The notes under the pieces are model-generated. The model was not told the DNA's origin, did no database searches, and was given only the letters and a program-made list of their open reading frames with translations. From Octopus sinensis (Eukaryota): DNA of 64,000 bases. The stretch is taken from contig NC_043002.1 in NCBI RefSeq assembly GCF_006345805.1, forward strand, positions 64,418,001 through 64,482,000. The letters are read 5' to 3'. The position numbers and the translations under genes are program-made. The first letter of the stretch is position 1. Each line of letters opens with the position of its first letter. Below, one piece after another: positions 40,510 through 54,837 of this stretch.

Positions 40510-41669
40510 ATTTAATAAATTATAATTGTGAAAATTTTTTTTTCCATATACATATCAATATAAAAATGTAAAATATAAAAATGCGTGCATAGACACCATA
40601 ATACTACACATATATATATATATTCATTAATACAATAATACAAGATACACAAAACAAAATAAAACAAAATATATATCAATATATATTAATAAGCTCAGTT
40701 ATTCTACATATTGAGTTAATAGTTCTAAAAACTACCACACAAGAAGATATATGCACACTCACATTTAAATTAAAATCAGACTTATACATGAAAAGTAATA
40801 AAAAACCACAATTCAGTTCATAAAATTATAAACCTGTAAAAGTCAATAATAATTACTATTAATATTAATAATAATAATAATGATAGATACAGTTATGTCT
40901 GCACCAAGTACATCCATCGGATATCTACATATCTAAGTGTCTGGTTATTCTGTCCGCTTGATATTGATTATTCTAGATTAATTCGATTGGCTTATAGTTT
41001 AAAATTTGAATCACAAAATAAATTTTACGGTTAGTTAGTCAAGAAACGCACAAACGCACACGCACATCCACAGATCAATCGCACATACATACATAATTAT
41101 ATGTATACACACACACATAGACTCATACACATACATATCCACAAATCAAGTCCAAAATAAATAAATAAATAAATAATAAAAGAGGTATAATCTTATCCAT
41201 GCAGGTATTGAGCTTCTCAAAACTAAAAACATGCCACAAAATAACAAAATAGATCCACTCATATATTTCCATAAAATATTTGTTTTAAAGATACATATAT
41301 TTATATATCACGACATCGAATGTTATTTTCGCAGGGTATACGCAGTATGTGAACACCGGTTTTTTCCGTAGTCAACATAACGATTACTGATTACATGGTA
41401 ATTTGTTATAATCGCATGTACGCTAAGTTATAAATTATAGATTGATTTTTTATAGTAAATATATATCTTTTCAACGTAATAAATCCAGTGCCATTATAAT
41501 ATTAATATGTAACCAACAAGGAACCTAACCTTCGAGCTAATAGAATAACACTCAGATATACATACTCTTGTGTATCACCAGATATAAACAAACGCACCGG
41601 GGACTAACTAATACAGTTAAATATAAGTAAATAACAGAAATTAAAGTAATTATAAGTTAATAAATTGTA

Positions 41670-41791
41670 AATACTTAAGTTAAAAATGTGATAAAATAAA
41701 AAAAGAAGAAATAATTAAAAATTACATACATAATATAAGTACAAACCAGTATACATGTATCCATATATTAATTATTAAAATAAAAAATTGA

Positions 41792-41855
<64 letters not shown>

Positions 41856-41979
41856 TATCAATTTTTTATTTTAATAATTAATATATGGATACATGTATAC
41901 TGGTTTGTACTTATATTATGTATGTAATTTTTAATTATTTCTTCTTTTTTTATTTTATCACATTTTTAACTTAAGTATT
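41670..41979. repeat. Perfect inverted repeat, ~130-bp arms around a (TA)n spacer
   Basis: 41670-41800 is the reverse complement of 41850-41979. Confidence 0.93.
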
Positions 41980-42009
41980 AAATGCTGGTTCCTTTACATC
42001 TATAACTTT

Positions 42010-42050
<41 letters not shown>

Positions 42051-42054
42051 CACG

Positions 42055-42089
<35 letters not shown>

Positions 42090-42097
42090 GTATATGT

Positions 42098-42179
<82 letters not shown>

Positions 42180-42243
42180 CGGTATGTATATATATATATA
42201 TATGTGTGTGTAAAGTTATAGATGTAAAGGAACCAGCATTTAA
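41978..42243. repeat. Inverted repeat, ~45-bp unique arms around TA/CA microsatellites
   Basis: TTAAATGCTGGTTCCTTTACATCTATAACTTTACACACAC and its exact reverse complement. Confidence 0.9.
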
Positions 42244-42798
42244 TTGCGCATCATGATTATATATATATATATACCTTAAAAAGACTAACAAAAGAGTTTT
42301 CAAACCGAAATTACTCAGTATTTTTTAATAAAACATACATCATTCTGAAAAAAAATGTTATATATACATCATTGTGCCTTGCAATAGAAACAATCCCATA
42401 CACAATGAGATATTGAAAACAGAAAATGAAAAAAACTGGCCAAATTTTATGTCAAATTTAACACCTAAACAAATAAGGATTATGTAGCGATGAGCTACAA
42501 TAACAAAAATAACAAGAACCACATCATCAATGAAAAAAATAACAACAAAATCAGTAGAGACAGCGGTTACACGACACGTCATGTTAGAATAAGAACATAC
42601 AATTAGTGTGCGCAATGCATTACGAGACACTCCTTGAAAGCTTATCATTTAATGCAAGCAAAGAAGCAAGCAGAAAAACGAGAAACCTAAACGGAAATAG
42701 GAGAACCTTAAAACTTATTACCCAGACAAAACCACTTGCATACATAAAAACAATTCTAGAAATTCAATACACATCATATATATACATACATATATATA

Positions 42799-42844
<46 letters not shown>

Positions 42845-42858
<14 letters not shown>

Positions 42859-43626
42859 GGCAGTTTGTCTGTCAGGTTGTACCCTCACCCTGACCACGGC
42901 TTTCAACTGATTCTGATGAAACTTGATACACACATAGCCCAATGTCATAATTAAAAACTAACGCAGCGAAAATTTTGAAAAGTTCCCCCAGTTCTGAAAA
43001 AAATCGATAATTTGACATGGGTCGAGAATCTAAGCTTTTTATATGCAACACATTTTTTACAGACCGTCTAGGGGACGCAACTCGACCTTTTTAACTCTCA
43101 GAACACGTGGGGTAAGTATCCCAAAATGTATAAAAATGTACAAAAACGGCAAAAAAGCAGGCAGCAATGTGAGTGACAACAATGAAAAAGTCAAAAGTGA
43201 CCAAACTGAACAAACGAATGAAAATGTTTTTTTGGTGCACACGACAAAAGCGGTTTATAATAAACCAAGAGTTTGCAAGTAGCGTCCGAGGACCCTTAGG
43301 GTACGTCAAAAATTTAAGGTAAAACGTTTCGGATGGTAGTTATAAAGAAAGCGTAAACAAAAAAAGTATTCGAATAACTTGAGGCTGCAACAGCTATTAG
43401 CAGAAGTGGCGGTGTTGGGGGTAAAGTCTCGAATGTAATTTCTTCGTGTTAGGAATTGGTTGGGTTGAATTATCGATAGCTGTTTGATAGTTATTTGGGA
43501 GTGAAGAGAAGAAATTGCAACCTACACATGCGTCTTCGTTCCCTAGAGGGAAAGGACTAGATTGGAATTAGTCGTTGCCTACTAGGGGCTCTTACATACC
43601 CGGGCAACGCCGGGCTATGCTGCTAG
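42845..43626 (+). mobile_element. Non-autonomous Helitron
   Basis: 3' hairpin CCCGGGCAACGCCGGG (43599-43614) followed by CTAG (43623-43626) and T. The 5' end is buried in (TA)n. Confidence 0.8.
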
Positions 43627-43933
43627 TTATGTATATAATTTAGAGAAAGACCCCTATTAAACAATTCAATAAAGTAAGATATTATTAACACCATATAGAA
43701 AACATATACTATAAAAAAAACCTAATTTTAAATCAGTAAAATACAACAAATAGTAAATAGTAGTGAAAAGACTACGCACGTTTTATGGCTATATTTTCTT
43801 TATTGAATTGTTTAATGGTGTTTTTTCTCTAAATTATATATATATATATATATATATTATATATTAGGAAATTGATTTAAAGTTGTTAAATTGAATTTTT
43901 ATCTGTAAGTTTTGGAATAATGTTCCCTAATAT

Positions 43934-43999
<66 letters not shown>

Positions 44000-45169
44000 T
44001 ATATACATATCTATTATATAAAATTCGTTCTATCTGTGTGTGTTTGTGTGTGTCTTCTAGGTTCTCGGGCATCCTCCATCCGATTGCGTTCAAATTTGAT
44101 ATGTTGATATCGACGGTATCAGCGCGCGTATAAGTCTTGAAAAAATTACAAAAGTCGATTCCAGGTGAGAATGCGATCGATAAAAGCGTGGGAATGTTCA
44201 TTGTACGCGCAAGTACATCAGCTGTTGCGAACGATACTACTTCTTCCGTCAACCTATACATAGCTGCACATTCCATTTTTTTTTTGTTTTTGTACTGCTT
44301 AAAGGCACGTTTCTTTCCTCCCAAGCTTACTGTTTAAACCATGCTTGTGTTCTCCCAGTCAACAGCCTTATCATTACTGGTACTTTGAACTCTTCGGTTG
44401 CATATTTGTGTGAATAAAATAGTTTTTCTTTGGAATAGAAAAAGGTCAATCTCTATTTCTTCTTTTGCTGGTGTCTCAAATTTAGGTTAAATCTCTCCAA
44501 GGGGAGTCCTATGGACAGTCGGACATGTTGTTTTGAAAATATTTGGTTTAAATGTTTGACAACTCAGCAACGTCCATTGTAAGGTGGGGGGTATGTTTTC
44601 TTGTATATGTATATATTTACACACACACAGTGGAACAATATTAAGGAATTAAGTAAAAAATGAAAGTAAGGAAATAGGTAAATATCCGTCAAAAAGCAGA
44701 ATGCTATTGATATTAAATGCCTGTTTTCGACGGGTACTCATATTTAATGTTGTAAAATCGAGCTGCTTGACGGGTCCAGGAATCGAACATAGGGAATTAA
44801 TTTAGTGACGGACATTCGAACACGTAAACCTAGCAGCGACAGGAAAAGTATCAGTGATTGTATATCAACATGTATATATGGATGTGAATATATACGTGTG
44901 TACATGCATTCAAAGGAATGATAGTAGCTGAAATTGTTCGGATTTGTGTTATAGGAAATCATCGTTAATTCTTTTATTGCTATATCACTAACGTTTAGCA
45001 CCGGATCGTCTGACAGTGGATCAAAGCAAATTTAATCTATACCGATTTAATTACGTTCTTTGAGATTTGCAGATAGCTGTAATTAATCACGTGAGATACA
45101 ACTGAATGATTCCACCTAATTCGTTACTGATTACTTCTATGTATACTTACATCATGCATGCATACATAC

Positions 45170-45200
<31 letters not shown>

Positions 45201-45342
45201 CATACATACATACATACATACATTCATACTCAAATCCATGTGTACGCGTGTGTATGTATATTTCTATACATTTAAATACACAGACATTTATATACATACA
45301 TATATCTGTGTATATGTGTGTGTGTATATGATATATATGTAT

Positions 45343-45480
45343 TGGAGTGGCTGTGTGGTACGTAGCTTGCTTACCAACCACGTGGTTCAAGGTTCAGTCT
45401 CACTGCGTGGCACCTTGGTCAAGTGTCTTCTACTATAGCCTTGGGCAGGCAAAGTCCTTGTGAGTGGACTTGGTAGCGTG
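45343..45480 (+). mobile_element. tRNA-derived SINE family 1, head
   Basis: A-box-like GTGGCTGTGTGG and B-box-like GGTTCAGTCTC. Confidence 0.75.
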
Positions 45481-46019
45481 TCCCTATATCAATACATATT
45501 CATGCATACACACACAAACACACACACACGCACACTTTTTAAAAAATTGATTTGTGTGTTTCCGTGAAACAAACTTAAAAAAATCTTTGAAAATACTTGG
45601 CCGAAGCGTCATGCAAGGGGTCTGAACCCAGTTCCATATGGATGTGAATCAAGTTTTTACCACATACCATCACCCGGTTCTAAAACTGCTTAATTTTATA
45701 ACAATACATGCATTACAAAACATGAATTATTACATTCACGTATCAGCTTGTGTTACTGTTTATTATATGCACTGCATTGGAACATTGTTGCTTATCTTAT
45801 GCATTTATATGAATCTCAGGCAGTGTTTGAGCCTATAAAAATATAAGGCAATGCTTTGACCCTGGTTCAGTTTTAAGGGTATTTCGGAATTGAGAGAGGA
45901 CGTGATTGAGAAACGTTAAACAGGGACACTTGCGTCGACAATGTCAAAGGTTAAAAAATGATGTTAAAGCAGGTTAAATTTAAGTCGAATTAGGCAAGTT
46001 ATTTTCCACCCGGTTTTTC

Positions 46020-46345
46020 AAATAGTCATGGTGATTATGATGACGACAACACTGACGACGACGGGAAAAGTGGTCTTCTTCTTGGTGGTGGTGGTGGTGA
46101 TGGTCTTTGTGGTGGCGGTGAAAGTGTTGGTCGTGTCTATGCTTTTGGCAGCAGTGTTCACGCTTGTGGGGGTGATGATGAAAATCATTCTGATGATGGT
46201 GAGGATGAAAACGAGGATAATCATGATGATGATGCTGAAGCTAGTGCTGGTATTGTTATTGTTGTTGCTCCAATTCATGTTGGCGATAGTGGTGATGATA
46301 ATGGTGGTCGTGGTGGTGGTGATGACAACGAAGTTCAAGAGGTGA
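46020..46345. repeat. Degenerate (GGT/GAT/GTT) trinucleotide low-complexity tract
   Basis: Strong 3-nt periodicity giving low-complexity ORFs on both strands. Confidence 0.8.
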
Positions 46346-46822
46346 ACGACATAGTATTTCTAAGTTTGATAAATATTTCGCGGACGGATATATTTTGATC
46401 AAAGCTACATAACTTCATTGGCTCAAACCAACTTTGAGCGAACTGTAATTTGCATTTGCTAAGAGCTCAGAGATGGTAGACAAAAAGCTGCCCACACACT
46501 TTGAATTCAGAAGATAAATAGGAAAAAATCATAATACAGCGAATGTTTGCACAACTTTAACAAATCTCTGCTCCGCTACCTTTGCCACACCAAGACCATA
46601 GCGTTACTCTGTCAGTTTATATTTGATTAAATCGACTTTATATTTCAATGAACTACTACGGGTTCTTTCACTGAGGTCTAGCAAAGCATTTCTAAGTCCG
46701 CATTTGTGCCATGTGAAATTTAATTATGAAATAACTTAAATGCATCATTGCAAATAATTTCCTTTCGAAACCTGCATGACTTTTTTTTTCATCCCCACTA
46801 TTGCAGCTATAATGCTCTCTAC

Positions 46823-46890
<68 letters not shown>

Positions 46891-48066
46891 TAATAATAAT
46901 AATAATAATATTTTATTGGACAGAGGGTAAAGACATCCAGGTCAATATAAAAGGATGAAATAAAAGAAACGGTGAGGTGGTTTATATCGATCAAAACGAA
47001 ATCAACCAAAATAAATTATATTATAATAGAAAATTCAAAGCAGAGAAAAATTCAATTCCAACAAAAATTTCAACAAGAACTATATTCAAATACTGGGGCT
47101 GTCTACCTATGGTAATGCGGTCGAAACCATAATAAAAAGCGACATTTGTCTGCCATCAGCAAGGCATTACAGTACTCCATTTCCATTTTTTCTCCTCCTC
47201 CTCAGAAATGTTTCCTCAGGGTAGGTTCACATAACATCCTCAGGCATGCTACTCTCAGCCGCCATTCGAAGGCAGCACCTTCCCGTCTTCTTTCACTACT
47301 CTTTTCTGGGTTATTTATGTATTTCTTGAAGAAGTTGGCCACCTGGTCAGATTGGAAAGAAACAGTCTTTAAACATTTCATAGGTGTTTTAATTCGCAAC
47401 TTACCTTTTCCAGAGTGAACAATTCGAGAAATAGTTGCCTCCCTTGCCTGCAAAAAGAGGATAGAACATCGATCTTCACAATAGACTCGGCGTGCAACCG
47501 AATTCTTCTTACACGATAAAATAACTGTTCAATACAAGATTATGAGTCATTGATGCATGGATACTGAAGAATAATGTTCAGAAGGATTTCCTTCCTGTGC
47601 ACTCATCAGAGATATCTTCATCTTGTGATGTTTCCATACATAAAGAACTTGTCTTGGACAAGTAATAATCCGCAATATCACGAGCAATCAAGATATTGAA
47701 ATTGACCTTTCTTTCCAGTCTAAAAGTCCTCCAAAACTTTATTCTCCTCAGATTGTTCTCCTCGTCCTTAAAGTGGATCTCAGATCAGCGTTCACACACC
47801 CAAATATATCTCTATAAAAATCTATACATGTTTAAAGAAAATGACCTTATCTGGGTAGTATATTTCTGTGTGCCAGATTTATTTCTTGATGTCAAACGCA
47901 CAGACAGTATTGAAAACAGAAATTGTAAAGGAATGTGAGCTATGGCTAGGATGAGGGCAACTATTTCAAACATATCCGTTTATGATACAACGTACAAGTA
48001 ATTTTGACTTGTCCACTAATATAAGTATTTCACAGACTTCGTACATGTAAGAAGATATATACATAT

Positions 48067-48124
<58 letters not shown>

Positions 48125-49384
48125 CAGAGAGAGAGACAGAGAGACAGAGAGATACTTACATATATATATATACGTATATATATTTCGGAGAGAGTGCAAA
48201 GAAAGTGATGAATGTATTAGCATCAATGTGAACAAATGCCGAGAAATGTTTTAACTCAAAATGCCTTCTGATTATGTAGCAACCGAATTTAAAAATCTCT
48301 TTTCCCAAGAGAATGTTTCCAGGTTCCTCAGAATAGATCGCCGGGTGACACATCTGTGTGTGTGTGCTGTGTGTGTGTATGTCACTGTCTGTATCCGTGT
48401 GTGTGCGTATGTGCAGGTGAATGTCTCTATGTGTGTGTCCATGTGTTTGTGTAGGCCTTTGTGTTTGTGTTTGTCCATCATAGCAGCTTCACAAATGATT
48501 TTTGTGTTTACATCCTCCTCATCTAGCGGTTCAGCAAGAGAAAATGATAGAATAAGTGGCGGGTTTAAGAAAATATCTACTAGGGTTCGATTCGTTACAC
48601 TAAAATCCTTCAAGGAAGGGCTACAGCATGGCCACAGTGTAATGAATGTAACAAGTAAAAGAGAGAAAGTTAAAAGCTACGCATATATCGCGCCCTACGC
48701 ACATATATTTTTCAGTTACCAAACTCTACCTCATCTCTATAGACATACGCATTTACTGCAGTTGCCTTTTGACTATACTTCGTTAATAAATTCTATTCGG
48801 CTGGAATTATATCCATAGTAGTCATCATAATGCTAGAGATCAGACTGATAACAAAGTAAATTCTACATTTAATTAAATTTGATTAATTAAAAAAAATCGA
48901 ATTCCTACACTCACCCGCCCCCATTTTTTTCTTCTGTCTTTCGTTTTTACTTCAACTATGCATTTTGAATATGCAGGTTCGTAACCCTAATGGCTTAGTT
49001 TAATTAATTAAAGTTTCTGAATGCATTTTATCAAGTACGTAGGCGACAGTTATATAAAACAAAAAAGGAATGATTGATAGATTTATAAATTGTTATAGAG
49101 ACACAAAACTTTAGGAGTAGTCTCACACTCACAGACACAAGTATCATCAGAAACGAACTTCCCTGATTTTATTTTACGTTAAGAAATACACGCTGGTAAA
49201 TATTCAAACGATAACCACTGAAATCTTAAAGGGATTGTTTTCCTATTTCCTTCAGACTTCATATCTATCTGCACAATTCAAACATGCATAACTTCTCTCT
49301 CTAGCCTTTCCCATTCTTCTGTTGTAATTAAGTTTCTATATATCCAACTACCTAAACCTCGCTGTCTATTTTTCTATCTATCTG

Positions 49385-49466
<82 letters not shown>

Positions 49467-49476
49467 GATCGATCAG

Positions 49477-49699
49477 CAGGGTGCGGCAGAACTAACGCTC
49501 TTTTATATTTAAAAACACGTATTGAATCATGTTGTTTTCATGAAACAATACTCAATAAATTTCCTGAATCTTCTGCGATTTTTTTCATTAGCTTAGTATT
49601 CGTTTCTATTAGTAATGCAATAAAAAAATTACTTAATAAACATTTCTATACTATAAAAATTATTAAATTCCAAAACGGAGTTACTTCTGCCGCACCCTA
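49477..49699. mobile_element. Tc1/mariner-type MITE (~220 bp)
   Basis: TIRs (C/T)AGGGTGCGGCAGAA(C/G)TAAC. Confidence 0.8.
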
Positions 49700-49726
49700 C
49701 ATAAATATAATATATATATATATATA

Positions 49727-50916
49727 TTGTGCGTTGGCAACTAAGTTCCCGCGTTTTTTTTTATATTTTGGAATTTATTGCGTTTTTAAATTTTGGAATC
49801 TATTTTCTTCTAGAATTATATTTTTGAATTATTTTGGATTCTATTTTTTTAAAGTTAATTTTAGTTAATTTTTTTTTTATTTTCTAATCATTAAAATAGA
49901 ATGTCAAGTTAAGAAAAATGAGGCATTTTCGACACCGCCTTCTTTTTGCTTTAATCAAGGTTCAAATGCCGCTAAAGCTACTCGCGACATTTGTGTTGTG
50001 TATGGAGAGGGTGCCATAGCTGAAATAACCGCACATGATTGGTATGCCAAGTTAAAAAAATAGAAATTTTAACCTCAATGTCGCACCTCGTTCTGGCCGT
50101 ACAGTTGAGTGCGATGAAGAGCGATTAAACAAAATTTTGCACGAAAATTCTCGTCAAACAAGAGAAATATCAGAGAAAATAAAATGCTCCCACACTGTTA
50201 TAGAGAAGCATTTTCACTCGATGGGAAAGGTTCAGAAGTATGGAGCATGGGTTCCGGATGCTTTAGGTAACAACAACAAAAATCAACGAGTTACAATCTC
50301 CGCTAGTTTGCTTGCTCGTCACCGCTCAACTCATGGACACAAGCAATGATTTCTTTACCGAATAGTTACTTGCTTAGCCCCGGTGAGCAAGCGACTCCGC
50401 GCATGAAAACAGATATTCATCCGCGTAAAACGATGTTGTGTATATGGTGGAACTGGGAAGGGAATTATCCATTACGAATTGCTTGAACGGAACCAAACGG
50501 TCAACGCGGAACTCTATGTTCAACAGATGGAACCACTCAACACGGCTATTCAAGAGAAAAGACCTAATCGGCAGCACTGATTTCTTCTCCTGCACGACAA
50601 CGCCCGCCCTCATGTCGGCAATATGACCAACGAAACCATTCAAACGCATGGCTGGGAATTGCTACCACATCCGCCGTACTCTCCTGATTTGGCACCAACG
50701 GATTTCCACCTCTATTGATCTTTTTCAAATGCTATGCGCGGAGTTTCGAGTTGAAATCAGGTGATTTCTACCAACTAGTTATTGAAAATCTTGTTGGAGC
50801 TTGGGAAGAAGTTGTAAACAACAATGGTGAGTAGATTATTGTTTAATTAGTTATTTTTATTAAACCTTTCAAACATGAATTTGTTTCAAATGGCGGGAAC
50901 TAAGTTGCCAATCCAA
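49727..50916 (+). mobile_element. Defective mariner element with both TIRs
   Basis: TIR TTG(TG)CGTTGGCAACTAAGTTCCCGC and its inverted copy, flanked by TA. WVP, WWNW, LLHDNARPH and HPPYSPDLAP motifs, with stops and internal deletions. Confidence 0.93.
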
Positions 50917-50985
50917 TATATATATTCATATATATATATATATATATATAATATACATACACACAACACACACACACACACACAC

Positions 50986-51057
<72 letters not shown>

Positions 51058-51080
51058 CATACATGCATACCTATATATTT

Positions 51081-51146
<66 letters not shown>

Positions 51147-51169
51147 TATATATATTATGATATGTAGAA

Positions 51170-51960
51170 AAATACAAACTGAGACAAGAACGCATAAGAA
51201 CTTAGAAGACGATACAACAAACACAGACAGGACATTCGAAGCCCTCAGTCTTCAGTCAAGAACCGGATCATCGTAGTAATTTCGGCTGATTAATCTTGAG
51301 ATTACTAGAACCAGCCCTCTAGGCCAGCCCTCCAGGAGAAACTAAGCAACGAGCATTAGAAAAACTAAGCTAGGAGCGTAGATTTCCTGGAAGAAGGATC
51401 GAATGCATACGAACACAAAGACAGCAAAAAGGACGGTGCCACACGAATATAAAAAACAAAAAACAATAATGAAATACAAAAACGTGGAATACAAAAGCAA
51501 TAACGGTAAAAACAGCAAGTGTCTTACGACTAATAACAGTGCAAACAGGTCTGATATATATATATATATTAATATATATATAAATATAAACTGGGACAAG
51601 AACGCAAAACATCCAGAAAGACGATACAAAAAACACGGATGGGTCATTCGAAGCCTTTATTCTTCAGTCAAGAACCAGATAATCCTCGAAATTTCGGCTG
51701 ATTATTCTTGAGATTGCTCCAATCTGGCCAACCTCAAGGAAAAACTAAGCTATGAGCATTAAATTCCTTGGAATATGCAACGAATGTATAGGAAAAAAGG
51801 ACGGAAAAACTGACGATGTTACACGAATATAGATACAAAATACTATATAAATACAAAAATAATACAAAAAAACAATGATAATAATAAAACATATACATAT
51901 ATATAACACCGAATATATAGTGCGTGTGTTTTTATTGGCTAAACTGTCAAAATGACCATT
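51170..51960 (-). mobile_element. Two diverged tandem copies (~410-bp offset) of a PLE-type terminal repeat
   Basis: GACAAGAACGCA..TCTTCAGTCAAGAACC..TTTCGGCTGATT..GGAAAACTAAGCT occurs at 51183 and 51595. Confidence 0.55.
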
Positions 51961-52216
51961 CCGAAATATAACAATATCTGTTTCAACACACGACTTCACA
52001 TACAAAATCTTGCACAACAAATATATAAACGTATATATATATATATATATAAACAAAGATAAATGCGATACAATAAAATTAATTATAATCGCCGGTGTAC
52101 CAGTACACGCCATATATTATACATATATTATTACATTCAAGGCGAAGAGTGCACTAGATACACAATAGCTGGATAAATTTAGTGAGATGAAAATTAAAAA
52201 CTTTTACATATATATT

Positions 52217-52256
<40 letters not shown>

Positions 52257-52499
52257 TGTGTATGTATACATACATACATACATACATATGTATATATACA
52301 TATACATATATATGTAGATAGATAAATTGATAGATATAGGTATGCATGTATGAATTTATATTAATCGAAGTTTTACAGTGTAATATGCCCATCACATTCG
52401 ATCTTACTATTCACTTTCAGACTAGGTGTTCGACAGAGTGTTAGGTAATAGTACGATTATGTGACTCCACGTTCTTCACAGGTAGCCGTCATGATGCCT

Positions 52500-52842
52500 G
52501 TCTGTTTCTCAACCAGCCTATCTACTTTTCTATTGGTCTATATGTGGGCGCGTGTGTGCATTTGTATGCGTGCGCACGCGGTGGGCGTTCCTCGAAAACG
52601 AACGTGATCCTGAACATTATAATCGCTATTGACCTTCGTCACACGACAACAGCTTCTCATAATGAATGCCTGTTGCTAACACATTCTATTCGCTTGCAAA
52701 AGTATTCTCAAACACCCGATGTTCTGATTGTGAATTCATGGATGATTTCTATTACTTCAACATAAATAACAAATAGTTTGCTGATGCGAAAGAATAACTG
52801 CCAAACGATATTCAATCACCATGGAGACAGTGAGAGGTGAGA
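52500..52842 (+). promoter_or_regulatory. Candidate host promoter/5' UTR and 16-nt first coding exon
   Basis: Reverse CCAAT (ATTGG, ~52532), a CpG-rich patch with NRF1-like TGCGTGCGCA, Kozak CACCATGG (ATG 52821) and donor GAG|GTGAGA at 52836/52837. Motif evidence only. Confidence 0.25.
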
Positions 52843-53002
52843 AGCAAAACAGTGTCCTGTATATTTTCCCTTATTTTCTGTGACAGACTTGAACATAAAT
52901 ATGCTAATCACTGTTGTTTTTGTCACATTGGAACAAAAGAACAACAACTACTTCACGATGCATACGTTCATAACTTAGTCGGTGGTTTGTTAATATAAAC
53001 AA

Positions 53003-53385
53003 ATATGGAGCTGATAGAAACGTTAGCACGCCGGGTGAAATGCTTAGCGGTATTTCGTCTGCCGTTACGTTCTGAGTTCAAATTCCGCCGTGGTTGACTT
53101 TGCCTTTCATCATTTCGGGGTCGATTAAATAAGTACCAGTTACGCACTGGAGTCTATATAATCGACTTAATCCGTTTGTCTGTCCTTGTTTGTCTTCTAT
53201 GAGTTTAGGCCCTTGTGGGTAGTAAAAATAGGTATTTCGTCTATCTTTACATTCTGAATTCAAATTCCTCCATTTCATCCTTTCGGGGTCGACAAATTAA
53301 GTACCAATTGTGTACTGGAGTGGATCCAATCGACCGGCGCCCTCCCCCAAAATGTCAGGCCTTGTGCCTAGAATAGAAACGAATA
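53003..53385 (+). mobile_element. Two fused SINE family 2 copies
   Basis: TTTCGGGGTCGA..AAGTACCA body occurs twice. Confidence 0.75.
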
Positions 53386-53823
53386 CAAACAGATATGTAT
53401 ATACAAACAAACAAACATGCACACATCTATGTATATAAATATATATTCTCAAATACACGTACACACGAGTGTACGCACAAACGAATATATACAAACAAAT
53501 ATATAACACGTCATCAAATTATACAGATCACTTACGACTATGGCAATTATACATAAATATATATTCAAAGTGCAAATATAATTTTTTTCATCATAAAATA
53601 AATCATTTTATTGCTGGTTTAGTTAAAACTCTATTTAGCACTTCAATATGCTGTATTTCATCTGCACTTTAAATTTAACGAATTAGTATCTGATGTGTTG
53701 AAAACAGATATATCCCCCCACACACACACTGACCCTATCTTAATACCAATTCTGTCGAATAATTTCTCTTACGTTCTGCCTATATACATATACATACATG
53801 TATTCACAAACCACAGAGATAGG

Positions 53824-53866
<43 letters not shown>

Positions 53867-53987
53867 CTGTGTGTGTGTGTGTGTGTTTGTGTGTGTATGT
53901 GGATTTATGTATATGTATATCTGTATAACCATGAGTTCATTTTGCATCAAAATATCAGAGTACACATCTGCATATATAAAGTATGCA

Positions 53988-54018
<31 letters not shown>

Positions 54019-54023
54019 CGCAC

Positions 54024-54064
<41 letters not shown>

Positions 54065-54067
<3 letters not shown>

Positions 54068-54153
54068 GACGGGTGTAAAAAAGTTTTGAGCCTTTAAGTC
54101 TTGTACCATGTTTTGTTATTTTGAGGCTCAAGACTTTCCATAGACCCCTCGTA
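54065..54153. mobile_element. Mini mariner-type MITE
   Basis: TACGACGGGTGTAAAAAAGTTTTGAGCCT and inverted AGGCTCAAGACTTTCCATAGACCCCTCGTA. Confidence 0.65.
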
Positions 54154-54837
54154 AATGAGCGTGTTTGTGCGAGGGGGGCGGTGTACACACACACACACAC
54201 TAAGACATAGATATGTGTGTAAATGTTATAATATATGCGTATATGTACCTGAATGTTTTTTCTTAATGCATGCGCAGCGGCCAGTCACCAGCTGGAATGC
54301 CTGTAGTCACAAGTAAGAATTACAAATGATATTATTTAAATTTACATTTCCGTTCAACAATTATATATTTCTTTATATGATATTTAACGAACAATTTTGT
54401 GTGTGTGTGCGTGCGTTTATAAAGTATACATTTTGTATATATTTTCCTCATATATAATTACGATATGACTTTGATGTTTCAATATACCACGAAATTTGCA
54501 TTAGCTATACGACTGATCCAACCATTATAAAAATTACTTGGCACTGTTTGTATCTCATTTGTTTAATTGATTAATGCACTCCAGCTTAAGGATTTACTTT
54601 AGTATTGCGGAGACATACTAAAACCAGGAAACATTTTTTTGAATGCATGCTTACTAATAAATATTTATTTAGCGTCACATTCTTTACTTTTGCTACCAAT
54701 CTCAATAGAATTCAAGCGATGTGACACTTATTTGGGATAAGATAACATATTCATCATATTTCGAAGCAAATTTGTTAAATCAAGACGGAAATTTAGAAAT
54801 ATTTATCGTATGATGTAGATCTTCTATGCCTAATTTC

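Noticed and set aside
44150-44500. Possible piggyBac C-terminal relic on the minus strand (RLLTGR.. motif)
   Set aside because: Only a vague resemblance, with no TTAA-flanked TIRs or catalytic motifs.
46018-46345. Transmembrane-looking 105-aa ORFs on both strands
   Set aside because: They are produced by a degenerate trinucleotide tract.
51240-51720. CTGAAGA and GCCGAAA motifs in the tandem repeats
   Set aside because: Order and pairing do not form a hammerhead in any permutation I could fold.
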